Of a stretch of 64,000 bases of DNA, positions 28,634-46,259 are shown one piece after another. Below the pieces are notes generated by a model. It was not told the DNA's origin. It searched no databases and saw only the letters and a program-made list of their open reading frames with translations. Source of the DNA: Adineta vaga (taxonomy: Eukaryota > Animalia > Rotifera); assembly GCA_021613535.1 (NCBI GenBank), contig CP075494.1, positions 6,882,001 through 6,946,000 of the forward strand. The letters run 5' to 3'. The number at the start of each line of letters is the position of its first letter. The first letter of the stretch is position 1. A program made the position numbers and the translations under genes.

Positions 28634-30962
28634 TTACGAAATAAAAAGATCATCAAACAAAGAATTAAAATACTGTATAAATATCGACCATAATGAATGA
28701 ATTAATAAGGATGGTTCTTTTTCACGTAAAAATGGTAAATAATCAAGTATAAGTTGAACATTGTCTTCTTGATATCGATAGAGACAATCAAGTGTTAATG
28801 GTCGATATGATTTTATTGCTAATATTGAATCTAATTGTCGTCGATATGTTTTTACACCTAATGAAAGTTGTTCAATAACGAATTCATGTGTTTCAATGAT
28901 TGTTTGCATGAGATTGGTTTTAGTTGAATGAAAATAATTTAAAAAATTCGTTTGAAATTCAGTTAGATACATTAAATGATAAAGATATAACGATGATTTT
29001 GGTAAAAGATAAACAGAGAAATTCTTCAGATCTAAATAAGTTATTTTCATTGAAATCAAATGCATTCCAATATCATCATGATAAAGATTAGAATTTGAAT
29101 TGAAATAATGAGGAAGTGATTTTCTTTGTAAACAATGAGAAAGAAAATCAATAAATAAACGAATTGTATTCAATAAATCATTGATGAATAATGAATCTGA
29201 AGAATATTGTTCAAAGAAATAGAAAAGTGTATGCTTAAAAATTTGAAATGAAAATTGGCCTTGAGTTCTTCCATAGAAATAATTCCATACAATCGAAGCA
29301 AAACGTATATGATTAACAGACAATAGTTGAATTAGTTGACTTTCAATTGCTGCGTAAGTATACGTCCATGTTGTATTGGATGATGATGATGAAAGTATTT
29401 TGTCACATGCATGACATTTCTCATTTGTTGATATATCATGTTCAATATCATTGAATCGAATAAAACAAGTCTTATCAAATAATTTATGAACATTCAATGG
29501 CCATAAACGTTGTCGTTCTTCGAAATTCAAACGTATGTCTTGTGGCCATGATTGAATACGTAAAACAAAATAAATCGATGTTTGATCAACATCAAGATCA
29601 TACGAATAAGTTAATTTGGAATTATTAACAATGATCTGTTGTATATAATCCGGATCTTTTTGTGAAATATAACCAAAATTTGTATGATTATTATTATCTA
29701 ATTCGTTAAAATACATTTGAGCTAGATGATGTGTTGTATTCGCATAGAGAAATGGACGTAAATACTTGTTCAATTTAGAACCTGAAAGTAGAGATAAACA
29801 TTGATCACAAGACGAAAAGATTCGCCGAATGTCTTTTGTTGGAGATGTAATCGATTGAAACGTATTCCAACGTGCGTATTTTGTCATATATACAAATTTG
29901 TGATCATGATCGAAGATAAATGGAGGTGCATCAGATTTTTGAATGTCACTATTAATAAAACAGAACGATGATAGAGAAATGTAAAGAGAAAACTCTTACG
30001 TTAATTGTATGCATTGAAATTGTTTATGTTCAATTAAGAGAGATTTTGTTCGACGATGTATTCGAATAAATTGTTGTTGTGAAATATTAGAAATTACTGA
30101 ACTGAGAGTTTGACATGGGTGCGAAAGAATATTTTGATGAAATTCATTGAGAAAATGGTTATGATGAGAGCGAGGAAAGGAAACAGGTAGATTTGCGGAG
30201 AAGATTTCATTGGATGATGAACATTCAAACTCGATCTGTTCATTATAAGACAAAAATGAAAGTTTCGTTGGATCGATGGATTGGCACGAGGAAAGAATTG
30301 GATTAGTATCAGCAGATGAAGAAGATGAGGAAAGAATTAGATGATCTTGAGAAGAAAATGGTGTTGTGTTGCATGATAAAGAAGATAATGAAGTAGCAGA
30401 AAGAGATAACGAAGGTGATGAATCAAGTGAATCTGAAATAGAAATGGTTTTCTTTTTGTTCAAATGATTTTCATTTTTGAAATTTACCGAGTACAATTTC
30501 ATCAGTAAAGTTTGGTACTTGTTGATCATCACTGATTTCTGTTTCTTTAGTAAAAAACTGTCCCATTATTGAATCTTGTTCATTTATAGTGACAATAATT
30601 GGTTGTGTTAGATCGATAACTGTGTGATTTGTTTGTAAATTATCACATTCAGTTGGTAATTGAATACATAAGGATGTAGCGGGTGAATGTATTAATATAA
30701 ATGGATCATTAATTGTTGCTATTGTTCCCGCTGAAGACAAGGAACATCGAACAATTTGTTCCTCACACTCTTCATTTTTACTACATATATGATCATATTC
30801 ATTGACAGCAGGTAAATGCGGAATAACAATATTGGGTTGTTTTACTGATGAAAATGATACAGTTCGTTTTTTACCCAACCGTTTATTAAAAGACGCTGTT
30901 GATGGAACATATATTCGATGTTTATTTTTGGCACCAGATTTTTTACCAATACAATTACCCAT
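28634..30962 (-). CDS. Mab-21/cGAS-like fold protein with N-terminal MGNC acylation motif, catalytically degenerate (exons 30488-30962, 30000-30432, 28634-29948)
   Basis: Introns 30433-30487 and 29949-29999 join three ORFs in frame. The C-half has the Mab-21 pattern: SWP...ERQRLWP...TWTYTYAAIESQL...FKHTLFYFFE...CLQRKSLPHYFNSNSNL. Confidence 0.72.
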
Positions 30963-33900
30963 TGTATTATTGCTTTGAACTAACTAAAACATTAGAGAGA
31001 AAAATGAACAATGAATATTGAATTTCTTTCACTAATCAAAATGGAAGCTGTACTAAATAATATAGCAACAAGATTCGTATCGATATGTTTAAGTTTTCAA
31101 GTGTGCCGTGTTCATATATATATATGTATATGTATATATGTGTGTGTATGAAAATTATGGTCTCTCCTCCTCTTTCTCTCTTTGTCTTTTATTTGAACTA
31201 ACAAAAGTATAGTATATGTTTGTGCATTGTTCTTCATCCTCTTTACCTATCAATGTATTACTCCGTACTACTTATTGTTATTGTTTATGAGCTGAATATA
31301 CACTGATCAAGTAGAACAGAGAGAATTCTTGCTCATTGAAATGAACTTTCTTTCTTCTCTTTTATCTCGTTCTCTTTTATTTGTCACCGAAACGTCATAT
31401 AAACATCAGAGATGATGTGATTAAATAGTATTAAATTAATAAGCTTGATGAAAAAGAAAGAGCAGTGGTTTAATTTTCGATAGATAGAGAATCAATTGAG
31501 AATACTATGCAAACTCTAAGCTAACTTAGTAATGTTTATATAGAAAGAAATCTTACAATAGTTTAAATTTCATGCTATGAACAAAGAAATTGTCATCTCA
31601 GAAAGGAGTCGATCGAAATGTTTGAAAAAAAATTTTCTTTTGTATAACACAAATCATGCTTACGTCAATGAAATATAAATAAACTTCTGAGAATACGTAC
31701 TTTACACAAGTTATATGTTGCTAGAAGGGATTCTGGTTCGAAGTATAAACACTTGTTGTCCTTCCTTCATTCCTGCTCTCATATCACAAATGAGAACGAG
31801 AATATGTAGCACCTGCTCATTGATATTCAAAGAGAAAGAAGAAGAAAAAAGTGTTTACCAGCATGAAATGTGCTTGAGAAACAACTTTGAAAAAAAGAAA
31901 CCGAAATGATAACAATGAGAGAAATTTGTTTGATTGATATTCTAGAAAAAGAAAAAGAAATGAGACATTATGACGTATCTGATTTCGTGTTCATAGATAA
32001 ACGAAAAAAAGAAACGAGGACAAGGAACAAAAGTTATAGGAGAAAATTATTTTACTACCTTAGACGACTAGCAACATATGAATTGACCTCGAGATGTTCT
32101 AATGACATTCATATGAATATTTCTTTTTATTTTTGTGTTGAAGGCGTTTCTCTATTCTTCTTCTTCTTCTTTATTTAAAACATCTGTCAACATGCTTCAA
32201 TCATTTTCGATACTCTATTCCAACAATCATCTGTCTTCAAATATTAGGAAAAAAAGTGATTCTTTCAATGTCTCGTTACTGTTTGTTACATACTAAACTG
32301 CTTTCAGCTGTATACATATATGTCTAACATACAATTATTGCCTCAATATACTTACTTCCAATACGCCTTAGAGATAAGATTTGATCATTATATATTTATA
32401 TATGATACGATGATGTCACACACACACAGGAGAAAAGAAGGAGAGAGAGAGAGAACCTTGTATATTAGTTAATGGCATTCAAGGAATTGAATTGTTGTTA
32501 CACATCGAATCTGTTGGTCTCATATGACTTGAAAAGATCACGTCAATATGTACCATTTGGTTAATCAGACATTATTGAATGACGAATATGATTATACAAT
32601 GTTTAATGAAGATGTTTACATATATGTTCTATGAACTTCTATGTCTATGTTTTATGTATCTATGCATGAATAACGAACTACATCGATTTGGCTATTTACG
32701 TTTTATTTTTATGTAAATTCGATTGAATAAAAAAAGAAAAAGAAGAAATTTTTATTACATCATCATTGTCATTATCGTTGACTTTTGTCTATAAAATTGT
32801 ACAAGAGTAAAAGTTATAAAGACAGATGTACAGACAGATAGACAGACAGATGTAAAGTCAAGATAACAAGACAAGGTGTTGCACTTATCAAACGATTAAA
32901 TCATAGAGAAATCATTAATACAAAATAATCTATTCTAGAAAATAACAGACGCGGAACGAAAAGACATTCTCTTAACTGATTAAGATCAATATTATAACAT
33001 ATAGAATAGTGCAAGAGTCATCACCGTACAATTTACTTATCTCTCATATGACAATAAAACGATGAGAAGAGAAAATAAAGTATTCTTTGTCATTTATATG
33101 TGAAACTTAATGGATTAATAGTTGAATGACGATGATGATGACAATCTTAATCAAAAGACTGCATGTGTTTGATACTTAATATTGTGATATATCACATTGA
33201 TTTTTGTCTAATCATAAAGACAGTCTGTCTATCTGTCTGTAAAATGAATCTGAAGTTTACACGTATGACATTGAATAGTTCTATCAAGGATATTTGTCTG
33301 TGCAAATAAACATCGTCTCATTTGTAAAGAACTGATTAGCATTAATATGGGTTTTGAACCGTTATCGAAAAATAGAAATGATTTTATCATAGAAATAATG
33401 TATTTAAATAGGCATAATAATCTTGAGAGTGTTGGTACGCCTTCCTTCTATTCATTTTATTTCTTTGACAATTAATTCGATGCAAATTTATTAAATAACA
33501 GTTTTCAATGAGCATATTTTGGTGAATCATTCAATTGTACTCTCGTTCTTATATAAGATCTTTTTTTACTGATGCAATTCACGTTAACATTGAGCGTTTA
33601 TTCTCAGAGGAAATCATATGTTTGTTAGCCTAAATGCATCGCTTTACGATGATAGAATTGTACATATATGATCTGTAGCAATATAAGTCAGATGAAAACT
33701 ACTTAAATCGACTATGCTTCTTTGTTTATATCCATTACTCATTTAATAAAAAAAAAGAAACATTGAGTAGATGGACATCATATGCAAATGATCTTCTACA
33801 TTGACAATCACTTATGGATTCAATATTGCAATAATTTCTAATCTACTTCTGTCATTGATGATAATATTTTTTCAAGAATAATGGTAATCTGATGAGAGTT

Positions 33901-34225
33901 CGTATTGGTGTTCGATTCAATGACTTATTCGAATAGAAATTTCTACCGTAAATAAAACATCTAAAATGAATGAACATGTACTGTATTGACCTCACGTTTT
34001 CATCTAATCATGATACAAAACAATTAGTTTTATCTCATAGACAAAAACTGATGTTGATGTCGCTGTCTCACATCTATACATTCACTTTATTTCTGTCACC
34101 ATCAATATAGCGATTCGTCAATTGACGGTTGTTAACAAATAGAATTTTATGAGTCATTTAGTTTTACTATTAGTTTTAGAGAATTTTCTTTTATAGATAT
34201 ATGGAAGAACACTCACCAATGTAGA

Positions 34226-36692
34226 ATGCCACTACGATTTCGTCGAAAACGTGTACTACTTGTATTCTTTCTATTTCTTTCGACAATTTACTTGATAAAT
34301 AAGCAATTAAAACATCCATTAGACATTGATGAGCAAGCTTATGTACCAAAAGATGAAAAAAAATCAGTATCGTACAAATCACAAATTAGTAAAAAAATAG
34401 TTGAAATTAACGGAGAAAAGGTTCAAAAAATTGATTGGCATGATTATGAATCCATTGCTCGTGATAATGCTCGAACAGGTATTTTTAATTATTGATTAAT
34501 GTGTATTAGTTCACTTGTTTCTGTGAATTAGGAGTAGGTGAAGGTGGTGTAGGCGTTGAACCTAGTGCACAAGAACGGAATAGTCCTGATTTTCAACGAC
34601 TATATCGAGAAAATGGTTTTTATGCTTTCATATCCGATAATATTTCTCTTCATCGTTCCGTGAAAGATATTCGTCATTCTGAGTATAGACATATATTTGA
34701 TGTATTTATTGACAATGTTTATTATCTATTCTTTTTGCTTTAGTTGTAAGAAGAAACTTTACTTAGCAGAATTACCATCTGTAAGTAATACTATTTTCTT
34801 CGAATAATTTCAGTTATAGTTTTTCTATAGGTTACCATTATTATTCCTATTCATGATGAACATTTAACAACTTTACTTCGATCAATTCATAGTATATTAA
34901 ATCGAACACCACCAAAACTGTTGACAGAAATATTACTTGTTGATGATGCTAGTGGCAAAGGTATAGATTTAATCGAGAATATATTGATTTCATATTGTTG
35001 TTTTTCATTTCTTTTCAAGAAAGTTTGAAATCTCCACTCGATGCTCATATTACTAATTTAACCAAAACTCGAATTATTCGTCTTCAAAAACGTGAAGGTC
35101 TCATTCGTACACGATTGGCTGGTGCTCGTGAAGCTAAAGCTGATGTTCTAATCTTTTTTGATTCACACATTGAAGTTAATATCAATTGGCTTCCTCCTTT
35201 ACTTGAACCGATTGCTTTGAATTATAAGACGAGTGTTTGTCCATTCATTGATGTGATTAAATGGGAAACATTTGCTTATGTTGCACAAGATGAAGGTTTG
35301 ATCAAATCTTTTCGAACGACATATTTTATGGAATAATTGATATTTGTAGGTGCTCGAGGTGCATTTGATTGGGGAATGTTCTATAAACGATTGCCATTGT
35401 TATCTGGAACTGAAAGCAATCCAACTGAACCATTTGAGTAAGAATTGAAATTTATGAATGACCAAAATAATCGGTTTTTATTGGTAGTAATCCAGTGATG
35501 GCCGGTGGTCTTTTTGCAATAAGTAAGAAATGGTTTTGGGAATTAGATGGTTATGATGAAGGTCTAGATGTTTGGGGTGGTGAACAATATGAAATGTCAT
35601 TTAAAATTTGGCAATGTGGTGGACGTCTTGTTGATGCACCATGCTCAAGAGTTGGCCATATTTATCGACAATTTAATCCACATGGTGGTTTTCATTTTGG
35701 TGATTATTTATCACGCGTATATTTATCTATCAATTGATATTATCCTCTCAATCTATTCACAATATATTTTAGAATCACAAAAGAGTAGCCGTTGTTTGGA
35801 TGGATGAATATGCAGATTATATTTATAAACGAAATACTCGAATACGGTAATATAGAATTGACATCTATGGTAAAGCATTCGATTCTTCTGCATTTATAGC
35901 AATACAGACCCAGGTGATGTTAAAAAACAAATTGCACTACGAGAAAAACGCAATGTAAATCATTCAAATGGTATTTTTTCATGATAATCTTATTATTGAA
36001 CGAATGAGTCAGATTTGAGTATAGGTTCATGGAACATGTAGCATTCGATTTACCTCAATATTACCCACCAGTTCCATTACCTCCCTATGCCGAAGGAGAA
36101 GTAAACAATCAACTAAATTCTTTTTAAAGCTTTGTCTCACGGCTCTTATATATTTAGATTCGAAGTATGGCTGCAGCTTTATGTATAGATACAAAACATG
36201 GTGGAGAGCAGGCCACATTTGGTCTTGAAAAATGTTTAAAAGATCAACAAGGGAAAAGTGGTGAACAGGTGACCGTTGAAAATTGCGATTTCATGAAGAA
36301 AAGTTTCTTTTTCTCGTTTAGGAATTCGAATTGAGCTGGCGACAAGATATTCGACCGAAAGGTCGTGAAGTTTGTTTCGATGTACCAAAACGAGGTAAAC
36401 GTATTCCGGTAGTACTCTTCAATTGTCATGGTAAACATTTACTATTTACTATCGCATTCATTTGAATTTATTGTTCTCAATATTCATAGGTATGCGTGGT
36501 AATCAACATTTCGTTTATAATCCAACTAATTTTCATATTTTACATGTTTCAACCAATTTATGTTTGGATTGTGATATCGAAAGTAAAATGATTTTTATGG
36601 AAGAATGTGAATTCGAAAAGAAAACACAAGAATGGAAATTTTCTTCGTTCAATGATACATTAATTCTCAAGGATCTAAAAAAATTTTTCTAG
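34226..36692 (+). CDS. GALNT10: Polypeptide N-acetylgalactosaminyltransferase, GALNT10/17-like; apparent 1-nt deletion at about 35949
   Basis: Type II TM; DWHDY...[48 protein letters not shown]; ricin lectin domain. REK(CG-)QCKSFKWFM needs one extra base. Confidence 0.88.
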
Positions 36693-37896
36693 TAATTTTC
36701 ACAAGCCTTTCCTGTGATACTTTTTTTTTCTAATGGAATATAATAAATCATAGTAATGATCTAGCGATTCTTTGAATTTATATGACTCTTCTTTTCAAGA
36801 ATACAATTTTTGAGTAAGAAAGAACACATGCCTTTGACGATATCGATACAATTATCTTCTTTCTCTCTCTCTCTCTGTTTTTTCTATCAGAGAAAAGAAT
36901 CAATTGATAAGAATAAGTGATTCTATTGTTTATTGAATTTTAATTAGGAAGGAAAAAATGAAGTTTGATTTTCACTTATTTCAAGCTTCAGACGAATTCA
37001 ATTTCTCTTACAAAAGATTCATTCATCCATAAAAAACTGCATGCGAAACAAATGTGCCACTTGTTTCGTATATGTGCATAACACATCTCTTAAGTGGAAA
37101 CTTAATCTATTAAACGCCGCCCACTACTCAATTGCTTCCGGCTGTCTGGTCGCGCTTATATGCACACGTTTGAAAAAAAAATCGATCGATAGAGGTAACT
37201 GTTTTTCCATATTCATCCTAACATGACAACATCCATCTGTCAACAATATAGATAGACGATCGGTGGTCGTTCGCATTCTTTTTCTTTTTGATTCTCTTTT
37301 ATTTCTCAGGAGAGTTTCGAATGGCTGTTCATGAATTAATGTTATAAATATGAAATGAGATCGACGGACACTGACCAAAATGATCGCATGTCTCCGTCTG
37401 CCTACATTATCACTCTCGTTCGTCGTTGTCTATAATCAAACTAGTTCAAAGCATGCGCGAACACATGTATAGAACTGAAATTTAGTTAGCTTTCTCTTTT
37501 TTTATTTATGGAAATCGCATCATCGTCATATGGATCATTCTTCTTTTCTGACATATAAAAAGAGTCAAATAGGCTTGATTAAAAGAAAGAATAAAAGATC
37601 TATCTATTGCTGTAGGGGGTGACAACAATTCATCTGTCTATAGAAAAGCTAATTATCAGACGATGTATTGCACCGGCTGTTCAACGATTTTCTCATTAAG
37701 ACAAAAAAACGAAGAATTGTTCAGTCGCATTATTTGTTTGATATATGTAACAAACGAGAGGAAAAAAACATGGTTATTATCATTCTTATATTATCCCATA
37801 CACGACAAATATTATTCATGCGTTTTTGTTTTTGTACAATACTTTTTTAAAAAGTGAACAGAAAAGAGAGAAAAAATGCAGTTAGATAATTAAAGC

Positions 37897-37922
37897 CACA
37901 CACACACACACACACACACACG
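37897..37922. repeat. (CA)n microsatellite in the COE 3'UTR
   Basis: cacacacacacacacacacacacaca read directly. Confidence 0.9.
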
Positions 37923-37997
37923 AAGTCAGATGCACGTAAATACGACAAAATAAATATATAGATGAAGAAAACAAATTGAATAGAGAATAGATATGTT

Positions 37998-41301
<3,304 letters not shown>

Positions 41302-43962
41302 CTGTAAGAAAACAACAAATTCTATCGTTGATCTGAAATAATATATATCCAATAAAATCTATTTCAATTGAAAATCGACCAATAGGGATAGAAAATAAAA
41401 TAAATATGCTATATTTTACTCCAGGGAAGTGAAGGTTTTTTTTTGTCTTAGAATTTGATCGAATAAAATTAATACCTGAAAAGAAGTTTTAATCGGGTAT
41501 GATAGGTTTCTTTTTTTAGAAGTCGACGGGTGTGACATGTATTGTCATTTCTCTACGTATTTTTATTCCTACCAGGAGATTATGGGTACCAATGGGAAAC
41601 ATTAAGTTGCAAGAGCATATATATATATATATATATTCGAGCTCTCCTACGAGACCTCGCGCACTCCACCAAAGAAGAAAAAAAAGAAAGATGAGGGAAT
41701 TTGTAAATGAAACGATTAATCTGTTTTTCTTCGAAGAGAAAAAGAGAGAGACAGAAAAAAGAAGAAGAGAGAGAGGGAGAGAAAGGGAGCGTGAAAAGGT
41801 CAAAATGATGAAGAAAAAATGATGTTCTTCGTTTTTTCCCTCTTCGAGATAGAAACAAATTGTGTTTTTCCTCTTGACTTTTTTTTCCTTTCCTTCTCTG
41901 TCTTTTTTGCGTTAGACGCTAATAACCAATGAGAAATAAAAACGATAGATCATGAGCCAATCCCTGATTAGTGACAAGAAAAATGATCATGATCAACATC
42001 TTTCTTCGTACCAATCCATTTTTCATCAATAATACTTACAAAGACTGACTTTTTGTTCGTTTCATCATCTTTTATATATGATGATATAAGTAGAGAATGA
42101 ATGAATACGATGTGTGATCGTTGTTCCACTCAATCAGGCGCCGTTCTTTAGCGTCTTTTGCTCTCTTTTCTTATATCTTTGGAGAAATCAACGAGACTAG
42201 GGAATTCTTCTTTCCTGTCTTTCTACAACGAAAAAAAAGAGGCATTATTGTTGAATGAGAGAGACAGGGAGAATACTGAAAATCGACAAAAGACATTAAT
42301 ATGTGCGTGTATGTAATAGAACAAATCAACAGATATATGATAAAAGAGTCGAGGGTGTCGGATGAGTTTTTTTTAATCGCTTATCAGAAAAAAAAAGAAA
42401 AGTCATCTTCTCCGACTTATTATCATTCATGACATAGATATTAGATAGAAAATGATCATTTTTACGACTCCTTAGAGTCATATACAAAAGAGAGTTCGAT
42501 TAATGTTCAGATATTCCTATCGCATGTGCTTTAGTTCTTTCTTATCATTTTTTGTAAAGGACAAGTGAATCGTTGATATTAATGATAATTGTCTTTTTCC
42601 TTCTCGCTCTCTCTCTCTCAACGCAAATGAAATAAAACTCACGAACAGGTGGAGTGTTTTGATGAGAAAAAAAGGGAGAAAGACAACTATGACACGTCTA
42701 ATTTTCGTTTTTGGATGATTTATATACATCAGAAGACGATGAATTAAACTTGTCAAAGATTAGACATGCTTGAAAAGAATTATTCGTTAATTAGATCAAG
42801 TTTAGTTGAAGAAAAAAATATGTTTTTCTTTTAAAATCTATTCAATCAGAAACGTAAGAAGATATAACAAGTGTATGTGCTAAAGATTGCAATCAAACAG
42901 ACACATACATGCATACATATCCATTGCATCATGTTTCACAGATTTGATCGTATCAAAACAGAAAAATCTTCATTCGTCTTCTTTTTCCAAGTTTAAAATG
43001 AACAATTCAATTGATTGTTTTCTTCAAGTGATCTTCATTGGTTTTGTTTATGTTTTTGATCATGACTACTCAATAATTGATAGTTTTGAAACTATCTGAT
43101 TACATTCGTCACAGTATGAAACATTATGTTTCTATCGTCTATTTAAAAGTTAATTTCAGAACAATATTAAGACACCGTTGCTTACATCATAACATACTTA
43201 TGATCTTCAAAGAAAAATAGACCCCCTGGTTTACTTTAAATACATTATTGTCGTCAAGAAGAGAACAATCATGTCTTCCTTCTTCTAACACAATATGCCG
43301 CTGTCTGTCTAAAATATCATCAATGAAGAAGCACCTTGTACAATGTTTTGTTCTTCTTCGAAAGATATTGTCTGTTGAACTTTCGATTTCGGATATGTTT
43401 GATGTAAAAGTATTTAACAAACTATAGTTTTGTTAGATTTAAATATTCATGTTGCTTTACATACTATTGTTGATTGAGAATTTCATTACTCAAGACAATT
43501 GAATCGATGTTCTCTGAAGACTTGAGAACGTGAATGGGCTATGTAATCAAAGAATCGAATATTAACAACAATGCATTGTTGAATTATTTGATTGTTAATT
43601 AATAAAATTTATCTATCTATTTCTAATCTAGAAATGTAGCATGTAGAAGATGCGTGCATGCTCATCATTGATTCAAATGATGTACTTCAATTTGTTTCAT
43701 CACTTACTTGACAATTTGTTGTCGAGAAAAGAATAAATTCAATTTTCAAGTATGACGTGACTTGGAAATTTTTTCTTTTCTTGGTTTAACCTATTTTCTC
43801 ATCATGTTCAAGATATAACTTGTCAATCATCTTTTACTTTCATATGTTATTCTTCTCTTTTTTTTGTATTCTCGAGACTTTCTTTTTTTCTTTCTTTTTT
43901 TACGTCACAAAATTTTAATGTATGTGCACATGTAATAATGACAAATAATGATGAAGTATGCA

Positions 43963-45296
43963 ATGACTACTGTTGCTTTCGACAACGATGTTATTAAAAG
44001 AAAAAGCAATTTCAATCGGTCGGTGAAGTGACAATAACAAAACTGAAAATTTGATCGGATAGTTATTGTCAGAAGTAAAAATGCAAGACGGAGATTCATT
44101 AGCTACATTGTATGCAGAAGCACATCGAAGCACAAAAGTTGATTATGAATTACAAAGAAAACGTTCGTATCAACAGCAACGTCTTTCCCAACCACTTATG
44201 CTATCATCAGATGCTGACATTAATAGTAAATCTATACGTCGTCAACTGAAATCATCTACTTATGAACCACCGATGTCTGATCGTGAAAGTTGGTGGCGAA
44301 CAACAATCAAAGTAGGATTGCACTGACATTGAAACTTTTCAATATTCATATTTATCAACCCTAGGAGACACCAATTCCTGGTACATATGATACTCATTTG
44401 AATACATTTATCAAAGAAGTGACGACTCGTCCTATGACGTATAGTTTTAAAAGTGATGGACGACGACGTGATCCGCAACCTTTAGAACCAAAAGGCAAAG
44501 AATTACTACCTGGTGCCTATTCTGTACAAGATTCTCTTGATGAGTACATTATTGTTGTATTGATTTGTTTCGATTTTCATTGAAAAAAAAACTTGTCTAG
44601 AATGTTTCGACGTCGACTTTCATATGGTTTCAAAAGTCCTACACGAGAAGATTCCTTGAAAAAGACCGTGCTAGGCAATCATGACAAGGTAAAAGAAACG
44701 CAATATTTTGTTTGTTTTATTTCTATAATGAATTCTAAAAGAAGAAAACGAATTTGAATAATTGTTGTACTTTTATTTTAAGAACCGAGGAACATACATG
44801 AAACATATAAGAAAAACTATTTTCTATTCGTAGGATATTGATGTTGCACCTGGATTGTATGAAACACAAAAATATCATCGAATTGATGTTCCTTCTGAAT
44901 CAGTCAGGTTTGAAAACATATAGAATTCAATTGTTATCTATAATGAATATTTTAGACATAGTTTTTTTAAATCTAAGAGTAAACGAAAATTATTTCCATC
45001 GGTAAGTTTATAAATATATATAAGTCTCATATGAATTCATGTTATAGCAAGATGGTCCAGCACCCGGTGATTATGAACCTCGAAGTAAAGTGATCGACCC
45101 TAAAAGTCCAACGATAACATCTTCATTTCGAAGTCGTACTGATCGTTTTCAAAAGAAATTATTCAATGTACCTGGCCCAGGTTCTTATGCTGAATTAACT
45201 GATATTCCTCCATGGAGACAAATCGACACATATTCGACTTATGGTATCTTTTTTAATGCTAATTTTGCTCAGACAACGAAATCAACTTCTGCGTGA
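43963..45296 (+). CDS. STPG4: STPG4-like sperm-tail PG-rich (SHIPPO) repeat protein; start uncertain
   Basis: RESWWRTTIK|ETPIPGTY plus repeated PGAY, APGLY, GPAPGDY and PGPGSY motifs across short-intron exons. Confidence 0.72.
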
Positions 45297-46259
45297 TATC
45301 TTTATCTTTCTTGTATTCATATTATTGACAATCAATAAATGATATGTCTATTGTCATAAACAGTGCGATCGAAGAAGAGGTGCATTCTTTTCTATTATTC
45401 AAGTTTATTGATTGATTTTGAATAACAAAATATGTAACAATTTCATTAAAGAGAACTCAATTTTTACTTAGTAAAACAGTGGAAATTATCTAAAATAGAC
45501 ATATTTATTAATATGCTATTAATTACTTGATTATATTTATCTATAACTGATGTGTTTCTATAAAAAAAATAACTTTTGTGCGTTCTGTTAACAATATTCT
45601 TTTGAAAATATCCTCTTATCAAACATGTAACAGAAGAAGACGATCCACACACCTAAAATAATCTTTTATGTCAATTTGCTCATATAACGTTCTTTCCTAG
45701 TATGTAATAGTGATCTTAAGAATTTGTTTCACACTTAAAAACAGGTCATTTGTAAATTAACTGCTAAAAATAAATCGGAAGGAAGTCATTAAGAAAAAAG
45801 CATTTCTCAGGAATGTTAACGAAGCTAATACATTTTTAATTACTACCTGTAAAACCGATATAAATACCATTTTTCAAATAAATTCTCTCTCTTAATCTGA
45901 ATGAAAGTAAAAGGAACAATGCTCTTTTTCTAATTTCCATCATTTATTTCTATTGGCATACAAAAGTAACATGCCTGAAAGAATCTTTTCATTGTTTTTA
46001 CTACTTAAGATCAAGTTGTGTTTAGTTCTTCTTGTCGAAGAAAAACTAAAGAAGAGATTGTTAGTAAATGACATCTATCGAACACTGCTCTTTTACACGA
46101 ACGAATCGTTGCCAACGAACACTAACATATGTATATGTAGAGAAAAAAAAGGTAAAAGAATCTAGTCCTAGTAGTATTAACGTTACAATGTTTCGATGAA
46201 CGAATTGTTTCAAAAAAAGACAATGTTTGTTTTTAGATTTTTATGATAATTCTTGAATC

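Noticed and set aside
41415-41430. CTCCAGGGAA as an autoregulatory EBF site
   Set aside because: It deviates from TCCCNNGGGA in spacing and sequence; not above chance.
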